Shown: in pieces, positions 17,615-25,727 of the stretch
Layout: each line of letters opens with the position of its first letter
Position numbering within the stretch: position 1 is the first letter of the stretch
Assembly: GCA_019694145.1 (NCBI GenBank)
Contig: JAIBCJ010000003.1
Span: 1,736 to 65,735 of the forward strand
DNA length: 64,000 bases
DNA from: Solirubrobacterales bacterium
GTDB lineage: Bacteria; Actinomycetota; Thermoleophilia; Solirubrobacterales; 70-9
Direction: 5' to 3'
Notes under the pieces: generated by a model
Databases searched by the model: none
The model's input: only the letters and a program-made list of their open reading frames with translations
What the model was told of the DNA's origin: nothing
Made by a program: the position numbers and the translations under genes

Positions 17615-18442
17615 ATGACCGCAACACCGTATGAATTCGTCGCGATCGCGGGCAGTGGCACGATCGCCACCGGCCTCGCGGCCGTGGCATCGACCTCGAG
17701 CGGCAAGGTCGTGATGCTGGTTCGTTCCGAAGAGTCGGCGGACCGGGCCCTGACCGCCGTCGAAAAGGCCAGCCGGAGAATCCCCGGAGCCAACCCCTCA
17801 CGGGTGACCACGACCATGGAGATCGCGGACCTGGCTGAAGCCAACCTCCTGGTCGAAGCAGTTGTCGAGGACGCCGGGGTCAAGGCGGATCTGCTGAGAC
17901 GAATTTCCGAGGTCGCCCCGCGGGCCGATCTCGCAACCACCACTTCCTCCCTTTCGATCACGAAGCTGGGCGAGGATTCGGGGGCCGCCGACCGGGTCTA
18001 CGGACTCCATGTCTTCAACCCCGTCCCGGCGATGCAACTGGTCGAACTGATCTTTCCCGACCCGGTTACCGAGGAGGTAGCCGAGCGAGCCCACGACTGG
18101 TGCCACATCCTCGAAAAGACCGCCGTCGAGGTGCCCGACACAGCCGGTTTCGCGGTCAACCGTCTGCTCTTCCCCTACCTCTTCGACGCAGTCCGCTACC
18201 AGGAGCGCACCGGCCTGGAGGCTGCCGCGGTCGACCAATGCATGACCCTCGGGGTCGCCCACCCCATGGGCCCCCTCGCCCTGCTCGACCTGGTCGGCCT
18301 CGATGTCGCGGTAGCGATCGGCCAGGCACTCAACAACGAATCAGGAAACCCGGACCACATCGCCCCCGCCACGGTCCAGGAATTCGTCGCTGCAGGCCAC
18401 CTCGGCCGCAAAACCGGCCAGGGTTTCTACGAATACGGCTAA
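17615..18442 (+). CDS. 3-hydroxyacyl-CoA / 3-hydroxybutyryl-CoA dehydrogenase
   Basis: N-terminal Rossmann motif (VAIAGSGTIATG) and C-terminal domain motif GFAVNRLLFPYLFDAV. Confidence 0.85.
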   Translation: MTATPYEFVAIAGSGTIATGLAAVASTSSGKVVMLVRSEESADRALTAVEKASRRIPGANPSRVTTTMEIADLAEANLLVEAVVEDAGVKADLLRRISEVAPRADLATTTSSLSITKLGEDSGAADRVYGLHVFNPVPAMQLVELIFPDPVTEEVAERAHDWCHILEKTAVEVPDTAGFAVNRLLFPYLFDAVRYQERTGLEAAAVDQCMTLGVAHPMGPLALLDLVGLDVAVAIGQALNNESGNPDHIAPATVQEFVAAGHLGRKTGQGFYEYG

Positions 18443-18717
18443 ACCAGCGCCTGGATCCTTGAGGCCAGCTCGAAGTCTTTCTCGGTGAGGCCGCCTTCGG
18501 CGTGGTTGGTTATCGCCACGGTGACCTTGTTCCAGGAGATACCGAGGTCGGGGTGATGGTTCATCGATTCGGCCGGCTGAACCAGCGAATCGACGAAGTT
18601 GATCGAGCCGACAAAGTCGTCGAACTCGAACGTTCGAACGATCCTCCGGCCCTCGAGGCTCCAGCCATCGAGTTCAGCCAGGCGGTCCTGTATTTCCTGA
18701 TCCTCAAGCAGCGCCAT
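18439..18717 (-). CDS. 4a-hydroxytetrahydrobiopterin dehydratase (PCD)
   Basis: 92 aa. Signature ESMNHHPDLGISWNKV. Confidence 0.85.
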   Translation of the reverse strand: MALLEDQEIQDRLAELDGWSLEGRRIVRTFEFDDFVGSINFVDSLVQPAESMNHHPDLGISWNKVTVAITNHAEGGLTEKDFELASRIQALV

Positions 18718-18751
18718 GGTCCGAGCCTACCCGGGCTGCCATATTTCACCC

Positions 18752-19666
18752 ATGAGGATTGCCTCCCTCGTTCCTTCTTCCACCGAGATGCTCTTCGCGC
18801 TCGGCTTCGGCGACCAGGTCGTGGCCGTCACCCATGAGTGCGACTTCCCGCCTGAGGCTGCCGCTCTCCCCCACCTCAGCGAGACGGTTATCGAGCCGGG
18901 CCTTTCCCCGGCCGAGATCGACGCCGAAGTGAAGCGGGTGGTCGGCCAGGGTGACCCGCTCTACCGCCTCAAGGCCGAGGTACTGGAATCGGTCCGGCCG
19001 GACTTGATCATCGCCCAGGATGTCTGCGCGGTCTGCGCCGTCTCTTACGACGATGTGCTGGCGATCGCCGCCCGCCTGCCCGGCAATCCGGTGGTTCTCA
19101 AGCAGGACCCGACCTCCCTGGTGGAGGTCCTGGGCAACGCGATCGAAGTGGCGGAAGCGACCGGCAACCCCGAAGCCGGCGTTGCCCTCAAGGCCGAACT
19201 CGATGCAAGGATCGAATCGGTTCGCAGCGCAGTGTCCGGCAAGGAACGACCAACCGTGCTGGCCCTCGAGTGGCTGGACCCGCCCTTCACCGGCGGCCAC
19301 TGGGTGCCGGAAATGATCGAGATCGCCGGCGGCCGCGACCTGGTCGGCAAAGCAGGCCTGAAGTCAGCTGAACATGGATGGGACGAACTGGCCAACCTCG
19401 ATCCGGACCTGACCGTGGTCATGCCCTGCGGCTACTACGTCGATGAGGCCGCCACCCAGGCCGACGACTACATGGACCGGATCAGGTCAACCGGAGCAGA
19501 GCGGACCGTCGCGGTTGACGCCGCCGCCTCGTTCTCAAGGCCAGGCCCTCGCCTCATCGACGGAATTGAATTGCTGGCGGGTCTGTTGCATCCCGAGGTT
19601 TTTCCTCTAGAGGAAGGGCAGATTCAGTACCGCGAAATGCAGACCGGGGACCGGTTCGGCGGCTGA
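18752..19666 (+). CDS. Periplasmic-binding-protein fold (BtuF/FhuD-like cobalamin or siderophore binding), no obvious signal peptide
   Basis: Start at ATG 18752 (MRIASLVPSSTEMLFALGFGDQVVAVTHECDFP). Class III SBP pattern. Confidence 0.65.
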   Translation: MRIASLVPSSTEMLFALGFGDQVVAVTHECDFPPEAAALPHLSETVIEPGLSPAEIDAEVKRVVGQGDPLYRLKAEVLESVRPDLIIAQDVCAVCAVSYDDVLAIAARLPGNPVVLKQDPTSLVEVLGNAIEVAEATGNPEAGVALKAELDARIESVRSAVSGKERPTVLALEWLDPPFTGGHWVPEMIEIAGGRDLVGKAGLKSAEHGWDELANLDPDLTVVMPCGYYVDEAATQADDYMDRIRSTGAERTVAVDAAASFSRPGPRLIDGIELLAGLLHPEVFPLEEGQIQYREMQTGDRFGG

Positions 19667-20485
19667 GATCGCGGCGAATACCGAAACTGCGGCGATCGCG
19701 ATCATCCCTCCGTACTCGAGCAGGCGGGCATTCGAACCCAGGTAACCACGCTCGCCGGCGATGACCAGAATTCCGCACAACCCGCCGCCGATCAGACCAC
19801 CGAGATGGCCGCCGATGCTGATGCCGCTGATCGTGAAGGTGAGGAGCAGGTTGATACCGATGATCAATCCGATCTCGTTCGCCACATGGCCGAGCCCACG
19901 GCCGTAGGCGATGATGAAAGTCGCCGCGAAGAGCCCGAAGACGGCGCCGGAGGCACCGACGGTCAGGGCGAGGTTGTCGCTGAGCAGGACGGCCCCGAAA
20001 GAACCGGCCAGAAGCGACGCGAAGTAGACCATCAGGAAGCGCACCGTGCCGATCGAAGGCTCGAGTACCCGTCCCAGGAAGTAAAGGGCGATCATGTTGA
20101 AGGCGATGTGCATGAAGCCGGCGTGGAGAAAACCGCTGGTGACCAGCCGGTAAGTCTCGCCGTCGGCCACCTGTGCGCCGCGCAGGCCGAAATCGCTGAT
20201 CAGATCTGAACTGGTCGAGCTGAGACCACCGGATCCGGTCGCCATTTCCGCCAGGAATACGACCACGTTGATCGCGATCAGGGCGATCGTGGCCGGGTAG
20301 CCGCCGACCTGGGAGGTTGCCGCAGGACCGCTGCGGACCCGGGTCTTTTCGGTCGCACATTCCGGGCAGCGCATGCCGACCGGGGTCGTCGTCATGCAGT
20401 CGGGGCAGATCGGACGACCGCAGCTCGAACATGAAACGCCTGTCTCGACGTTCGGGTGGCGGTAACAGGTAGCCAAGGCCGTCAA
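19607..20485 (-). CDS. Rhomboid-family intramembrane serine protease with N-terminal zinc ribbon
   Basis: CxxC...CxxC N-terminus, catalytic GASGAVFG, and a His in HIAFNM. Confidence 0.85.
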   Translation of the reverse strand: MTALATCYRHPNVETGVSCSSCGRPICPDCMTTTPVGMRCPECATEKTRVRSGPAATSQVGGYPATIALIAINVVVFLAEMATGSGGLSSTSSDLISDFGLRGAQVADGETYRLVTSGFLHAGFMHIAFNMIALYFLGRVLEPSIGTVRFLMVYFASLLAGSFGAVLLSDNLALTVGASGAVFGLFAATFIIAYGRGLGHVANEIGLIIGINLLLTFTISGISIGGHLGGLIGGGLCGILVIAGERGYLGSNARLLEYGGMIAIAAVSVFAAISAAEPVPGLHFAVLNLPFL

Positions 20486-20533
20486 ACCCTATCGGTGTGC
20501 CCGGGTCCGGCGTTCCTGTGAGAATGGCGGTCG

Positions 20534-21040
20534 ATGGAGAGGACGGCATACGCCCGGCTGTACGCGACGGTGACCGGCGCCTTCCTCGTGCTGCTTGGTT
20601 TCGTCAGCCTCCTCAGCAACACCGAGTTTCAGGCCCGCGAGCTGACCAGCGAGCTGTTGGGCTTCTACGCGATCAACGGCTGGTCCGGTGTCTTTCACGT
20701 CGCCGCCGGACTACTCGGCCTGCTGCTCGCCCGCCCCCTTCCTCGCCTCTACGCGCTGCTGGCCGGAATCGTCTTTACCGGCCTTGGCATCTGGGGCATC
20801 CTCGCCGCCAACGGAACCTGGCTGCTCGGTGGGCTGCCAGCCAACCGGTGGGCAAACCTGGTCAACCTGCTGATCGGCCTGCTCGGCATCATCGCCTACG
20901 CGGCCAGCCGCTGGGACCGGATCACCGCGTTCACCGGCAGCCTCGGAAGCCGGTTCGAAAAGATGGCGGAAAATCGCCGCCAGAAGCGCAGGCGACGCAA
21001 GATCCGCAAACGCCGGACAGCAACCAAGAGCCGCGCCTAG
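20534..21040 (+). CDS. DUF4383-like membrane protein with highly basic C-terminal tail
   Basis: Four hydrophobic segments (GFYAINGWSGVFHVAAGLLGLL). Tail NRRQKRRRRKIRKRR. Confidence 0.6.
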   Translation: MERTAYARLYATVTGAFLVLLGFVSLLSNTEFQARELTSELLGFYAINGWSGVFHVAAGLLGLLLARPLPRLYALLAGIVFTGLGIWGILAANGTWLLGGLPANRWANLVNLLIGLLGIIAYAASRWDRITAFTGSLGSRFEKMAENRRQKRRRRKIRKRRTATKSRA

Positions 21041-21072
21041 CCGCGGAAGCGGCTGGTCACAAGGGTGATGTG

Positions 21073-21360
21073 TCAGCCGCGGTAGCGGCTTCGACGGCGG
21101 AAGCCGACCAGGATCAGGGCGCCGGTAGCTACCCCGCCCGCGGCGAGGGCGGTGACCGGACGGATCCAGTTGCGGGGGTCACGCAGCGACTCGAGTTCAC
21201 TTTCGGTCAGTTCTTCGGCCCAATCGGAAAGGTCCGAAGCGGCGGCGTCGGTGATCGCCGAGAAGGTGTCGTGAAGTCGATCAGACATGCGCTGTGGCGG
21301 CTCGACCGGCTTCAGCGCATCGGCGAGCAGGTTCTCGATCCTGATCTCATCCATGCTCAA
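21073..21360 (-). CDS. Putative anti-sigma factor (single-pass membrane protein)
   Basis: 95-aa ORF overlapping the ECF sigma stop by 14 nt, with a C-terminal TM helix. No zinc-finger motif, so the assignment rests on context only. Confidence 0.45.
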   Translation of the reverse strand: MSMDEIRIENLLADALKPVEPPQRMSDRLHDTFSAITDAAASDLSDWAEELTESELESLRDPRNWIRPVTALAAGGVATGALILVGFRRRSRYRG

Positions 21361-21913
21361 CGGAAACTCCTTCCGCTTCCAGCGATTCCTGCAGCTGCTT
21401 GATCGCGCGATGAATCAGCACCTTGGTGGCCCCGTCGGATTTGCCCATCGCGCGGGCGATTTCGCGGTTGTCCATGCCGAGCGCGAAACGCATGACCAGA
21501 GCCTCGCGACGATCGTCTGGCAGATCCTGAAGGTTCTCGATCACCGCCCGGAGTTCGGCCCGACCCTCGACCAGATCCTCGGTCGAGTGCTTCGCGGCCG
21601 GCGGCTCGATGCTCTCCAGCGGAGTCTGCGGTTTCCGCGAACGATCGCGGTAGTAGTTCGCAGCGAGGTTGTGGGCGATCCGGATCAGCCAGGGGCGAAG
21701 CGGGCGACCGTCCGATTCCCGCCGGGCCCGGGCAAAGTGCCGGTAGGCCTGAAGAAATGTCTGCTCGGTCAGATCCTCGGCGTCGTGGTGATTGCCGATC
21801 CGGTAGTAGCAGTAGGAGTAGACGTCCTTGAGGTGATCGCGGTAGAGCTCCTCGAAGGCCCGATCGATCTCGGCCTTCGACTCCGGAGTTGATTTCGCGT
21901 CGGGGCCGGACAC
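21347..21913 (-). CDS. ECF-family RNA polymerase sigma factor
   Basis: Region 2 (DAEDLTEQTFLQAY) and region 4 HTH (REIARAMGKSDGATKVLIHRA). Confidence 0.85.
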   Translation of the reverse strand: MSGPDAKSTPESKAEIDRAFEELYRDHLKDVYSYCYYRIGNHHDAEDLTEQTFLQAYRHFARARRESDGRPLRPWLIRIAHNLAANYYRDRSRKPQTPLESIEPPAAKHSTEDLVEGRAELRAVIENLQDLPDDRREALVMRFALGMDNREIARAMGKSDGATKVLIHRAIKQLQESLEAEGVSVEHG

Positions 21914-21958
21914 GCCCGCACCTTATCCCGAAACCGGCGACCTCCGACCCGGGCGTGC

Positions 21959-23623
21959 TCATGCCGCCCGCCTCGAATGCCCGGAGCGGCGGAGCGCCGC
22001 AACCCATTCATCGGAGCTGATTCGCCCGGTGGCGAGATCCGCGAGGCCGGTCAGGGCCTCGGCGGGGCAGCCGTCGGCCGCCACGGTGGCGGCGATCTGG
22101 GGGACCGAATCGAGAGCTTCCGAAGCCTGGCCGATCGTTTCGCGGATCTGGTCCGGGGCGCTGCCCTTGCCGAGCAGTTCACCCGCCCGGCGATTGCGAC
22201 TGCCGGATGCCATCACCGTGGCAAGCAGGTCTCCGACCCCGGCGAGGCCGTTGAAGGTTTCAAGGTCCGCCCCATGTTTTACGGCGTAACCGACGCATTC
22301 ATCCCAGACCGCGGCGGCGGCGATCCCGGCCGCATTCAGGCCATGTGGCTCGGCCGCAGCGGCGGCCAGCACGGCGGCATTCTTCGCCGCCCCGGCCATC
22401 TCCACCCCGACCACGTCCCGCGAGCGCTCGCAGACCAGACCGGCCCGGTCGAACACGTCACCGAGTTGAGCCCGAAGGTCACCGTCGGCGCTGCCAAGAA
22501 CCAGAGCGGCCGAACCGGACACCGCTTCCTTTGCGTGTGCGGGACCACCAAGGCAGGAGACGCCGCGTGAGCGGATCCGCTCACCCACGTATTCGGATGG
22601 CAGTTGACCCTTGGGGGCTATCAACCCCTTGGCGAGAAGCAGTACCCCGGCCCGGCGACCGACCCGGTCGGCGACCGCTCCGACCGCCTGCGGGTAGGAA
22701 GCTGACGGGACCGCGATGCAGAGCAGGTCGACTCCACCGAGTTCGATCTGGCTGGAGGCCCGGACTTCGATGCCGTCGGGCAGGCGAACGCCGGGCAGAT
22801 ACCTGGTGTTCTCGCGCGCGAGGGCCATCTCCTCCGCCTGGTCGGCGGTGCGGGTGCCGAGCTGGACTTCGAGCCCGCCGCGGGCCAGCAGCACCGCGAC
22901 CGCGGTGCCCCAGCTGCCGGCTCCGATGACCGCGGCCCGGCGCATCGGCGGCAGACCGCCGATGTCTTCCCATTGAAGTTCGACGTTCGGCCAGATGCGA
23001 TCGGTGACCGATGCGGCGAGGGCCGGAGAAGGCGATTCCGACTGGGGAAAGGACATCGGCCGGCCGACCCGGATGTCGACCTTGCGCGGCCGGATCTGCC
23101 AGCCGCGCCGCACGTTCTCGGAACCGGTGACGGCGACCGGCAGAACCGGTGCCCCGCTCCGGAGAGCGAGACGCCCGACGCCCCGCTTCGGCTTGCCGAG
23201 CGAACCCTTCCTGATCCGGGTGCCTTCGGGAAAGATGCAGATCGTCCCGCCCCGGGCCAGAACCAGCTCGGCGGTTTCGATCGCCAGCTCGTCAGCCTCT
23301 CCCCGGCGAATCGGGAAGGCCCCGACCCGGCAGAGGAGGAACCCCTGCCAGCGCTTCTCGAACAGTTCCACCTTCGCCACGTAATTCATCGGCTTGTTCC
23401 AGGGCAGGCAGGTGCCGATCACGAACGGGTCGAGGAAGCTGCGGTGATTGGCGGCGACGATGGTCGCGCCCTTGATCTGCGCGTTACCCCTGCCCTGACG
23501 CGAAAGCCGCAGGTAGATTAGGAAAAACGGCTGCAGAACGATGCGCGCGAAGAGGTAAAGACCGCGGTTCACCCCGTGCTTGCGCGTGTACTCGTGGTAG
23601 GCCTCGAGTTGCTCCTGAGTCAC
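21959..23623 (-). CDS. Fusion protein: N-terminal 1-acyl-sn-glycerol-3-phosphate acyltransferase (PlsC-like) + C-terminal NAD(P)H glycerol-3-phosphate dehydrogenase (GpsA)
   Basis: aa 1-~215 carry acyltransferase motifs NHRSFLDP (HX4D) and FPEGTR. From aa 227 (codon at 22943..22945) there is a complete GpsA with AVIGAGSWGTAVA. It is a single open frame with no stop between the domains. Confidence 0.85.
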   Translation of the reverse strand: MTQEQLEAYHEYTRKHGVNRGLYLFARIVLQPFFLIYLRLSRQGRGNAQIKGATIVAANHRSFLDPFVIGTCLPWNKPMNYVAKVELFEKRWQGFLLCRVGAFPIRRGEADELAIETAELVLARGGTICIFPEGTRIRKGSLGKPKRGVGRLALRSGAPVLPVAVTGSENVRRGWQIRPRKVDIRVGRPMSFPQSESPSPALAASVTDRIWPNVELQWEDIGGLPPMRRAAVIGAGSWGTAVAVLLARGGLEVQLGTRTADQAEEMALARENTRYLPGVRLPDGIEVRASSQIELGGVDLLCIAVPSASYPQAVGAVADRVGRRAGVLLLAKGLIAPKGQLPSEYVGERIRSRGVSCLGGPAHAKEAVSGSAALVLGSADGDLRAQLGDVFDRAGLVCERSRDVVGVEMAGAAKNAAVLAAAAAEPHGLNAAGIAAAAVWDECVGYAVKHGADLETFNGLAGVGDLLATVMASGSRNRRAGELLGKGSAPDQIRETIGQASEALDSVPQIAATVAADGCPAEALTGLADLATGRISSDEWVAALRRSGHSRRAA

Positions 23624-23695
23624 AAAAGAGTCCTACACAAACCCCCGGACCCGGTTACAACGGGTCCTCGCCGTTTTCGGGCGGGCCCGGGCGAA

Positions 23696-24454
23696 TCAGC
23701 CGGTCGGGCCGGATTCCGGCACCGATTTGACGACGATCGGGGGCGAGATCTTCCAGTCGTCTTCGGTGCTGACTCGGAAGATCCAGTAGGGACGATCCGC
23801 CGGGGGACGGGGCAGGTTCAGGTCGGACACCCCGTTCGAGTCCGTGTAGGTCGAAGCGAGTTCGATCACGTCGAATCGGGAACAGCCGACCTGCAGACCG
23901 ACCACCAGGAGATTGCTGTGGCCGCCGGCCACCTTGACCCTGACCCTGGTGCGCTCCAGGGTCTTGCCGTGGTTGCGTGCCGTCGGCTCCAGTTCAAAGG
24001 GCTGCCGGTCCCTGAGGCCGACCGCCTGGCCGATCCGTTTCCAGCGGGACTCGCTACCACCCACCCTGGCGATGAACCGGGTGAGCCAGGTGTAACCCTC
24101 GTCCTTTGAATTGGCGTTCGCCCAGAAGATTCCGTCCTCGCCCACGGTCGTCGCTGCGACCAGATGGTTGTCCCGGTCATAGATCCGGGCCTGCCTGCCG
24201 GCGAATTTCGGATCGGCGACCCCTTCGAAATGGATCCGCCCGTCCCTGTTGCGATAGACCGCGGTAAGGACCACGTGGCTGCCGCAGGGAAGGATGCCCC
24301 CTTGCGGCTCAGCGTTGGCCCGAGTCTCGGCGTTCGATCTATCGGGCGCAGGCGAAGTCAGGAGACAGGTAATCGCGAGCGCAAGCAGCCCCAGACCGAC
24401 CAGGCCGGTCCGCAGCCCGCCGGGAAGATTCCCCTTTGCTCCCTTCGCCCCCAC
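23696..24454 (-). CDS. Hypothetical exported protein
   Basis: 252-aa ORF with an N-terminal hydrophobic segment (LVGLGLLALAITCLL). No recognisable domain. Start uncertain. Confidence 0.5.
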   Translation of the reverse strand: MGAKGAKGNLPGGLRTGLVGLGLLALAITCLLTSPAPDRSNAETRANAEPQGGILPCGSHVVLTAVYRNRDGRIHFEGVADPKFAGRQARIYDRDNHLVAATTVGEDGIFWANANSKDEGYTWLTRFIARVGGSESRWKRIGQAVGLRDRQPFELEPTARNHGKTLERTRVRVKVAGGHSNLLVVGLQVGCSRFDVIELASTYTDSNGVSDLNLPRPPADRPYWIFRVSTEDDWKISPPIVVKSVPESGPTG

Positions 24455-24465
24455 AACAGCCCATC

Positions 24466-25632
24466 TTAGCGCCGGGATTGTGAAAGATCACGATTTTCCG
24501 AACGTTCTGCCCAGGCGGCAAAATCGACGATCGAGTCAATCGTGTTTTCGGTGCGAACCGAGCGCAGCAGGTCGAAGGTGTGTTCGGCCCCGGGCAGGAC
24601 GGCCAGTGACGCCTGGTTGCCGGCGCCCTGGAGTTCCTTGACGAGGGCCGCGGCTCCGCCCCGCCCGACCACGCTGTCGTGGTCTCCGTGGATGAGCAGA
24701 AACGGGGGTGCGCCCGGCTGCACGTGGCGCCGGGGGCTGGAGGGGACAGCCGGGGGGCGGCCGCCGGGTGATTCAAGGCCGCCGTAGTAGCCGTAGATCC
24801 CGATCACCCCGGAGACGGCCGTGTTCACCTGCTCGAATCCCGGTTGCAGCTCCGGCTTGCCCGCGGTCAGCCCGGCCATCGCCGCGATGTGAGCCCCGGC
24901 CGAGCCGCCAGCCAGAAAGATCCGCTCCGGATCTATGCCGAATGCCTGCCCCTCCCCGCGGGCCCAGGCGATCACGCGTTTGAGATCGATCAGGTAGTCG
25001 GGAAACGATCCTTCGGGATTCAACCGGTAGTTGGCGCTGATCACCGACCAGCCGCGGCGGGCCAGCTGGCACTTGATCGCCTGGGCCTCCCTTCGCTTGT
25101 TACCCGACCGGAACCTGCCCCCGTGCATATAGATCATGGTCGGGCCGGTCACCTTGCCGTGCCGGGGCAGGTACAGATCGAGCCGATTGGCCCGGCCCGG
25201 GACCGGTCCGTAGGGAATGTCGGATTTCAGCCGAACCCGACTTCGGCCCATCGCCGGCGGAGCGGCAAGCGCCGCCAGGTATGAACGCCGGCCTGCAAGT
25301 GCGGCGGGTGAATCTGAATCGAAAGCGGCCAGCGCTTCCCGCAAGGTCCCGCGGGACCGAAACGACCTGAGAAAGAGGACGATCAGTCCGGCCTCGGCCA
25401 GTACGGCAAGCCCCGCGATCGCCCGGGCGACACCGGAAATGTCGCCCTCGACGAAGGCCAGCACGGTCGAACCGGCAAGCAGCACGGCGAACCAGTGCGC
25501 CTGCTCGTTGACCAGGAGCCCGCCCCAGAAGGAGACCAGGCCGAGTGGTCGCTTCCGCACCGGAGCCAGCAGAAGGAGCACGCAGGTTCCGAGCAGAAAA
25601 AGCGTGATCAGGTAGCCGACGGGCATTCCCAC
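24466..25632 (-). CDS. Membrane-anchored alpha/beta hydrolase (esterase/lipase-like)
   Basis: N-terminal TM helices, oxyanion HGGRF, and nucleophile elbow GGSAGAH. Confidence 0.75.
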   Translation of the reverse strand: MGMPVGYLITLFLLGTCVLLLLAPVRKRPLGLVSFWGGLLVNEQAHWFAVLLAGSTVLAFVEGDISGVARAIAGLAVLAEAGLIVLFLRSFRSRGTLREALAAFDSDSPAALAGRRSYLAALAAPPAMGRSRVRLKSDIPYGPVPGRANRLDLYLPRHGKVTGPTMIYMHGGRFRSGNKRREAQAIKCQLARRGWSVISANYRLNPEGSFPDYLIDLKRVIAWARGEGQAFGIDPERIFLAGGSAGAHIAAMAGLTAGKPELQPGFEQVNTAVSGVIGIYGYYGGLESPGGRPPAVPSSPRRHVQPGAPPFLLIHGDHDSVVGRGGAAALVKELQGAGNQASLAVLPGAEHTFDLLRSVRTENTIDSIVDFAAWAERSENRDLSQSRR

Positions 25633-25727
25633 AAGCTAGTTGCCGGCTTCCTCCCACGAAAAACGGGCCGGCCATAATCGGCCGGCCCGTTGCCCGACAG
25701 GACCCGGAAGGGACGAGGATTGCCTGG

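Noticed and set aside
17494-17961. N-terminal extension of the thiolase ORF (546 aa as listed)
   Set aside because: The extension is Ala/Ser/Arg-rich, overlaps the divergent hbd gene and has no homology pattern. ATG 17493 gives a canonical 390-aa thiolase with a strong RBS.
18718-18751. Possible cobalamin riboswitch upstream of the BtuF-like binding protein
   Set aside because: Only ~34 nt separate it from the divergent PCD gene, which is far too short for a B12 riboswitch.
19607-19666. 60-nt convergent overlap between the rhomboid gene and the binding-protein gene
   Set aside because: Both 3' ends are poorly conserved tails, and such an overlap is plausible in compact high-GC genomes. There is no additional signal to interpret.
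20534-21913. ECF sigma / anti-sigma / DUF4383 cluster as a special system
   Set aside because: This is an ordinary ECF pair with overlapping genes. The DUF4383 gene is on the opposite strand, and nothing links it functionally beyond proximity.
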